DNA from: Deltaproteobacteria bacterium
GTDB taxonomy: Bacteria; Desulfobacterota; Syntrophia; Syntrophales; UBA2210
DNA length: 64,000 nt
Assembly (NCBI GenBank): GCA_016933215.1
Contig: JAFGBH010000079.1
Span: 7,318-71,317, forward strand
Direction of reading: 5' to 3'
The position numbers and the translations under genes are program-made. This document shows positions 59,474-64,000 of the stretch, piece by piece; within the stretch, counting starts at the first letter, position 1, and each line of letters opens with the position of its first letter. Below the pieces are notes generated by a model that did no database searches, was not told where the DNA came from, and saw only the letters and a list, made by a program, of their open reading frames with translations.

Positions 59474-61087
59474 ATGGCTGCACAAAACCCGATGATCGAA
59501 CTCTTACAGACCGAAGAAACACTCGGCGAAATGATCGAAAACAGGACCCGTAATCTCCCTGACAAACCGGCCTTGATTTTCTACGACGATGAGGTTACCT
59601 ACCGGGAACTCAACGAAAAGGTCGACGGTCTCGCCACGGCCCTCCTCGATATGGGCATCACCGCCGAAGACCGCATCGCCATCATCATGCCCACGCGGCC
59701 CGAATTTATCTATCTCTGGCTTGCCGCCTCGAAGATCGGCGCCTCCGTGGTAGGCCTCAATTTCCGCTACCAGCAGGATGAAGTCGTCTATATGGTCAAC
59801 AATTCCCGGCCCTCTGTCCTCGTTTGCATCAACGAATTCGCCTTCACCAATTACAACACCTTTCTCTCGGATATCAGGGAGAGGATTCCCTCGGTGAAAC
59901 AGTTCGTCTTTCTGGGAAAGACAGAATTCCCCGGTGCTATCGATTTCAATGAACTTCTCGCCACGAAACCCGATGACGCGAAGCTCTCAGAGGCGAAAAA
60001 AGAGATGAAAGGCGAGAGCGACAACTTCATCATCTACACCGCGGGCACGACGGGGAAACCGAAGGGCGCCGTCCTGACTCAAAAGAGTATCATGGCAATG
60101 ATGAAGCTCTGGACGAAAAACCTGGAGCTTTCGCCGGATGACCGAATCCTCTGCATTCTGCCGCTCAACCATGTGGGCGGCGGCACGATCATGGCCCTGT
60201 CGTCGCTCGCAAGCGGCATCACCCTCGTTTTACACGATATGTTTATGCCCGACCAGTTAGTGGACATAATCCGGGAGCATAAGGTCACGGTCTTCGGCGC
60301 CGTTCCCACCGTTTTTGAGATCCTCTTTGCCGCCCGTCGCGATATCGCCGCCGGCATGCTTCCAAGTATCAGACTAACGGCCTACGGCGGCTCTCCGGCA
60401 ACGCCGGAAGTCCTGAAGGCGATGCGAGAGAAATTCGACGCCCCGGTCATGGCCTGCTACGGCTCCACCGAAGTGAGCGGTTTTATCACCTACACGAAAA
60501 GTGATGATCCCTTCGAAAAGACGATGACGGCAGGGCGGGTGCCCGAAGGCGTCGAGGCGAAGATTGTCGCACCCGATACGCGGGAAGAACTGCCCAAAGG
60601 AGAAATCGGCGAGATTGCCTTCAGGTCCGACATGATTTTCGACCGTTATCTCGATATGCCCGAGGAGACGAAAAATGCCTTTGACGACGAGGGCTGGTTT
60701 TACATGGGCGATCTCGGCTACTTTGACGAGGACGGCTTTCTCGTCATCGCGGGGAGAACCAAGGAGATGTACATCACCGGCGGATTCAATGTCTATCCGA
60801 AGGAGATCGAGGACTGTTTAGCCGCCCATCCCGATGTAATCATGGCGGCCGTTGTCGGAGCACCCCACTCTATTATGGGTGAAACGGGCATCGCCTTTGT
60901 GGTTCTGAACCCGACATCGGAAGTTACCGGAGAGGATCTCAGAGAATTCTGCAGGCCGAAACTGGCCGATTACAAGGTGCCCTCGAGGGTATTCCTGGAA
61001 ACCTCGCTCCCCATGACCACCGTGGGAAAGATACAGAAAACGGTCCTCCAGGAAACCGCCCGCAAACGCCTAAGCGGCAAAAAATAA
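59474..61087 (+). CDS. AMP-forming acyl-CoA synthetase/ligase
   Basis: IIYTAGTTGKPKGAVL AMP-binding motif, YGSTE, and GWFYMGDLGYFDEDGFLVIAGRTKE. Start MAAQNP after GGAAGGAGGG. Confidence 0.9.
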   Translation: MAAQNPMIELLQTEETLGEMIENRTRNLPDKPALIFYDDEVTYRELNEKVDGLATALLDMGITAEDRIAIIMPTRPEFIYLWLAASKIGASVVGLNFRYQQDEVVYMVNNSRPSVLVCINEFAFTNYNTFLSDIRERIPSVKQFVFLGKTEFPGAIDFNELLATKPDDAKLSEAKKEMKGESDNFIIYTAGTTGKPKGAVLTQKSIMAMMKLWTKNLELSPDDRILCILPLNHVGGGTIMALSSLASGITLVLHDMFMPDQLVDIIREHKVTVFGAVPTVFEILFAARRDIAAGMLPSIRLTAYGGSPATPEVLKAMREKFDAPVMACYGSTEVSGFITYTKSDDPFEKTMTAGRVPEGVEAKIVAPDTREELPKGEIGEIAFRSDMIFDRYLDMPEETKNAFDDEGWFYMGDLGYFDEDGFLVIAGRTKEMYITGGFNVYPKEIEDCLAAHPDVIMAAVVGAPHSIMGETGIAFVVLNPTSEVTGEDLREFCRPKLADYKVPSRVFLETSLPMTTVGKIQKTVLQETARKRLSGKK

Positions 61088-61117
61088 GGAGTTTCATTGC
61101 AAATATTGTTTGGAAAT

Positions 61118-61135
61118 ACCATACAATTGTATGGT
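61118..61135. repeat. Perfect 18-bp palindrome ACCATACAATTGTATGGT
   Basis: Read directly; 31 nt after the ligase stop. A partial CATACAA repeat follows. Confidence 0.9.
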
Positions 61136-61162
61136 TTAAGCATACAAATTTAAATCTTATCC

Positions 61163-61365
61163 GTCATTGCGAACAAATTCCCCGTCATTGCGAGCGCAGC
61201 GAAGCAATCTTTATCTTATATGTACGGGATTGCCGCGTCGTTTCCCGCCACGCTTCGCTCGCGGCTTCGACTCACCCTCGCAATGACCCCGTTTTACTTA
61301 ATCCTCTAATCCTTAATCCATGCCCTTTATTCCTCTTTACCTTTGCTACTCGGTGCCTCTGTGCC
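61163..61365. repeat. Composite intergenic repeat cluster 4a (V+ V+ Vlong- O)
   Basis: V+ tandem at 61163-61209, V long at 61228-61287, O array at 61340-61365. Confidence 0.85.
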
Positions 61366-61412
61366 GAAGGTTTCCGTCCCGAAAGGATATTCCAGCACTG
61401 GCGGATTTTTTC

Positions 61413-61441
61413 TTGATAAACGAAATTAATAAGTTTATATT
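61413..61441 (+). promoter_or_regulatory. Sigma70-like promoter (TTGATA-N17-TATATT)
   Basis: Good spacing and a good -10 box. It lies between repeat modules, about 195 nt upstream of the radical SAM ATG. Confidence 0.45.
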
Positions 61442-61458
61442 TCCCTTAAATATTTACC

Positions 61459-61503
61459 CCCCGTCGGACCAGCCGCAAGGCCTCTGACGGGGTTTTGTTT
61501 TTT
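61459..61503 (+). terminator. Strong terminator-type hairpin with GNRA tetraloop
   Basis: CCCCGTC-GGA..GCC-GCAA-GGC..TCT-GACGGGG followed by TTTTGTTTTTT. It starts about 15 nt after the predicted -10. Confidence 0.6.
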
Positions 61504-61507
61504 ATAC

Positions 61508-61549
61508 CCTTTGTGCCTTTGTTACTTTGTTACTTTGTGCCTTCGTGCC
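61508..61549. repeat. Period-8 O array (cluster 4b)
   Basis: CCCTTTGTGCCTTTGTTACTTTGTTACTTTGTGCCTTCGTGCC. Confidence 0.85.
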
Positions 61550-61635
61550 TTATTCCTCAACGCCCCTTGCCTTCCCCCCATTATTCTGATACTCACCCCC
61601 TGACTTTTATATGAAGAAAAGGACACCATTACACC

Positions 61636-62517
61636 ATGAGATACGAGGGAAACATCTACCGGCCCTTCAGCGAGGCGAACAGTTATCTTCTCCAGTGCAC
61701 CATCGGCTGCTCGCACAACCGGTGCACCTTCTGCGGCATGTACAAGGACAGGAAATTCCGCATCCGCACCCTCGATGAGATAAAAACCGACATTCGAATG
61801 GCAAAGGAATACTACGGCGATGTCGAAAAGGTATTCCTCTGTGACGGCGACGCCATCGCCATCGAAACGGACATCCTTTTAGAGATACTGCAGGAACTCA
61901 GAGACGCCTTCCCCTCACTCCGCCATGTGGGCTCCTATGTCGGCCCCCAGAGCACCCTGGGAAAGAGCATGGCGGAACTCACCGCCCTTCGCGAGGCCGG
62001 CCTCAAAAAGGCCTATCTCGGCGTGGAAACCGGCGACGATCTCCTCTTGAAAGAAATACGAAAGGGTGTCACTGCTGATGAGATGCTCCAGGCCGGCAGA
62101 AATTTGGTCGCTGCCGGCATGAATCTCTCATCCATGGTCCTTCTCGGCCTCACCGGAAGAGATACAAAACGTTCACGGGAACACGCCATCGCCACGGCAG
62201 AGATCACCAACAAAATGAAACCGCACTACCTCGCCGCCCTCACCGTCACACCTGTCCCGAATACGATCCTTTTCAATCAGGTTCAAAAGGGGGAATTTGA
62301 AGTCATGGACGCCTTTGAAACCCTGGAAGAGATGAAGGTCCTCTTTGAGAACCTCACGATCGACAACCTGAAATTCGTGGGGATTCACGCATCCAACTAC
62401 CTGCCCGTAAACGGAACCCTCCAGCGGGATAAAGCACAGATGCTGGCAACGATAAACTCGGCCCTGGAAAAGCGCGACCGAAGCAAACTAAGAGACGAGC
62501 ACATGCGGGGACTTTAA
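61636..62517 (+). CDS. Radical SAM domain protein, subfamily unresolved
   Basis: YRPFSEANSYLLQCTIGCSHNRCTFCGMY Cys motif with CX4CX2C spacing, a TIM-barrel-like remainder (FLCDGDAIAI, YLGVETGDD), 293 aa. Confidence 0.8.
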   Translation: MRYEGNIYRPFSEANSYLLQCTIGCSHNRCTFCGMYKDRKFRIRTLDEIKTDIRMAKEYYGDVEKVFLCDGDAIAIETDILLEILQELRDAFPSLRHVGSYVGPQSTLGKSMAELTALREAGLKKAYLGVETGDDLLLKEIRKGVTADEMLQAGRNLVAAGMNLSSMVLLGLTGRDTKRSREHAIATAEITNKMKPHYLAALTVTPVPNTILFNQVQKGEFEVMDAFETLEEMKVLFENLTIDNLKFVGIHASNYLPVNGTLQRDKAQMLATINSALEKRDRSKLRDEHMRGL

Positions 62518-62526
62518 ACGCTCCTC

Positions 62527-62658
62527 GTCATTGCGAGTACCCCGATCAATATCGGGGGACGCGACAATCTCGCCTTTGTCATTGCGAGGAGCAACGCGAC
62601 GCGGCAATCTCTTCTTTTTTGTCATTCCGGAATCTGCGAAAGCGAATATCCGGAATCC
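62527..62658. repeat. Composite intergenic repeat cluster 5 (V+ with hairpin insert, V+ short, W hairpin)
   Basis: V+ at 62527-62569 and 62578-62609. W is GTCATTCCGGAATCTGCGAAAGCGAATATCCGGAATCC at 62621-62658. Confidence 0.85.
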
Positions 62659-62881
62659 AGATCCCCCCTTAATCCTGTTTTATCCCTTGACACCTCCCCT
62701 TCCCTTCTGCTAACTACCTAATCGCTTTATCAAAAAAGGGGACGTTAAAGGCTCTATTAACAATATTTCTACTCGCTCGCTGGAAAGTAAAAAACCTATG
62801 ACTGAAGCTCACTTTATCCCCGTTTCTATATATCAGAGGCGGGATTTTCCCCTTATGGTCCCCGAATGGTCTGAGCTTCAA

Positions 62882-63616
62882 ATGAAAAAATCGAAAACAA
62901 AATATCCCCTCCCCATTCGTGAATGGTCCGAGGATGACCGCCCCAGAGAAAAACTACTCAAATATGGCGAACACACGTTAAGCAATGCAGAGTTGCTTGC
63001 CATCCTGATCCGCACGGGCACCCCCGGCCGTAGTGCCGTGGATATCGGCAGAGAGTTGCTTCATAAATACAAATCACTCCGAAATATGAGCGGCATTGAT
63101 ATCGCCGAATTCAAGGAAATCTCTGGCCTAAAAAATGCGAAGATCGCCCAGATCAAAGCTGCTATTGAACTTGGCAGAAGAATGCTAAGCGAAGAAAAGG
63201 TGCTCAAAGGCTCCATAAAGAAATCGGCAGATGTGGCAAACTATCTCATGCCCCTCATGCGAGACCTGAAAAAAGAACGATTTCTTCTCCTTCTTCTCGA
63301 CCGGCGAAACACCGTCACCGATGTCATCAACGTAGACTACGGTACGGTTGATAGAGCGAATCCATATATCAGGGAGATTCTTCAAAAAACAATTAAGGGC
63401 AACGCAGCCTCCATTATTGTTGCCCACAATCATCCATCAGGATCGGTAAAACCGAGTAACGATGACAAAGCCTTCACAAAAAGCCTTATGATGGCATCAA
63501 GGGCAACCGGCATCAGTTTTTTCGACCATATTATTATCGGCGATAATTGCTACTTCAGTTTTGCCGACGAAGGACTTATTAAGGAGTATGAAACGCTGGC
63601 TATCAAAGAATTATAA
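62882..63616 (+). CDS. radC: RadC-like JAB/MPN domain protein
   Basis: RPREKLLKYGEHTLSNAELLAILIRTG (HhH region) and AHNHPSGSVKPSNDD JAMM motif. The start MKKSKTKYP is preferred over the 28-codon extension. Confidence 0.85.
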   Translation: MKKSKTKYPLPIREWSEDDRPREKLLKYGEHTLSNAELLAILIRTGTPGRSAVDIGRELLHKYKSLRNMSGIDIAEFKEISGLKNAKIAQIKAAIELGRRMLSEEKVLKGSIKKSADVANYLMPLMRDLKKERFLLLLLDRRNTVTDVINVDYGTVDRANPYIREILQKTIKGNAASIIVAHNHPSGSVKPSNDDKAFTKSLMMASRATGISFFDHIIIGDNCYFSFADEGLIKEYETLAIKEL

Positions 63617-63763
63617 ATGCATAGAAAATTATCTTCGACATACATATAGAAGGTTTAAGCAAGTAACGCCCCGCACGTTATGTCGGCCGTTATACAAACC
63701 AAAAACGCGGAGCCGAATAATTAATTCCTACTAAAAGTAATTGGCAACAAAGGAAAGAATGGC

Positions 63764-64000
63764 ATGATAAAAGTTAATAACATGAACGGATTCAAAGACG
63801 AGGGCGATGTTATCTGGAAGATCGCCAATCTTCTTCGTGGCCCTTACCGACCACCTCAATATCGAAAGGTAATGATTCCGCTTACTGTCTTGCGCCGTCT
63901 CGATTGCGTTTTGGAAGCCACAAAAGACCCGGTTATTGCTCTCCACCAAAACCTTAAAGCCGGTGTTAAGTCTGACGGCACACCCAAATACGACGCCGAA
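63764..64000 (+). CDS. hsdM: Type I R-M HsdM-like N6-adenine DNA methyltransferase, N-terminal 79 codons (runs off the window)
   Basis: Not in the ORF track because no stop lies in the window. MIKVNNMNGFKDEGDVIWKIANLLRGPYRPPQYRKVMIPLTVLRRLDCVLEATKDPV resembles the conserved HsdM N-terminal region. AGGAAAG RBS. Confidence 0.55.
   Translation, partial: MIKVNNMNGFKDEGDVIWKIANLLRGPYRPPQYRKVMIPLTVLRRLDCVLEATKDPVIALHQNLKAGVKSDGTPKYDAE

Noticed and set aside
62687-62716. TTGACA-N17/18-(C)TAACTA as the radC promoter.
   Set aside because: The -35 box is perfect but the -10 is poor, so it is kept as a note rather than a feature.
63731-63949. 72-aa minus-strand ORF at the window end.
   Set aside because: It is antisense to a plus-strand frame with a clear HsdM-like N-terminus, an RBS and an ATG at 63764, so the plus-strand gene is preferred.

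Overview
This 64-kb chromosomal window is mostly core housekeeping genes. Gene content suggests an anaerobic Deltaproteobacteria/Desulfobacterota-like bacterium, but that is inference only. I support about 60 CDS, one initiator tRNA and a decayed partial copy of it.

Left to right, the genes are:
- livM (partial)-livG-livF
- On the minus strand: aminotransferase-coaD-rsmD-asd, pssA-psd, tsaB, and the conserved rpsB-tsf-pyrH-frr-uppS-cdsA-dxr-rseP block
- argJ, secA and an M23 peptidase
- A small AT-rich islet holding a Zn-ribbon/PilZ gene next to tRNA-fMet
- A 7TM-GAF histidine kinase with a REC-class III cyclase response regulator
- pdaD-speB, lpxH, a PHP phosphoesterase and lptFG
- ahcY-metK-DUF502, panDC and rsmA-DUF2062-tsaD
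- On the plus strand: nadB, gcvT-H-PA-PB, an accessory patch of small unknown genes that includes a second Zn-ribbon/PilZ paralog, and crotonase plus 3-hydroxyacyl-CoA dehydrogenase
- trmO, a cupin, an RND efflux operon, DUF374, an AbfD-like dehydratase with an acyl-CoA ligase, and a lone radical SAM gene
- radC and the first 79 codons of an HsdM-like methyltransferase at the window edge

I found no rRNA, CRISPR array, transposase or integrase. I cannot point to a complete, clearly novel multi-gene system.

The most unusual content is:
1. Dense modular repeat clusters fill every operon boundary between 49.9 and 62.7 kb. They include about 300-bp composite direct repeats flanking DUF374 and period-8 microrepeat arrays.
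2. A tRNA-fMet and its degenerate 3' copy bracket a PilZ gene beside the kinase/REC-cyclase pair.
3. A radical SAM gene with a CX4CX2C motif is isolated between repeat clusters and sits just upstream of radC and hsdM.
4. Several leader or terminator structures lie directly upstream of start codons (panC, gcvT, radical SAM).

All homology calls come from reading motifs in the supplied translations. No searches were run.
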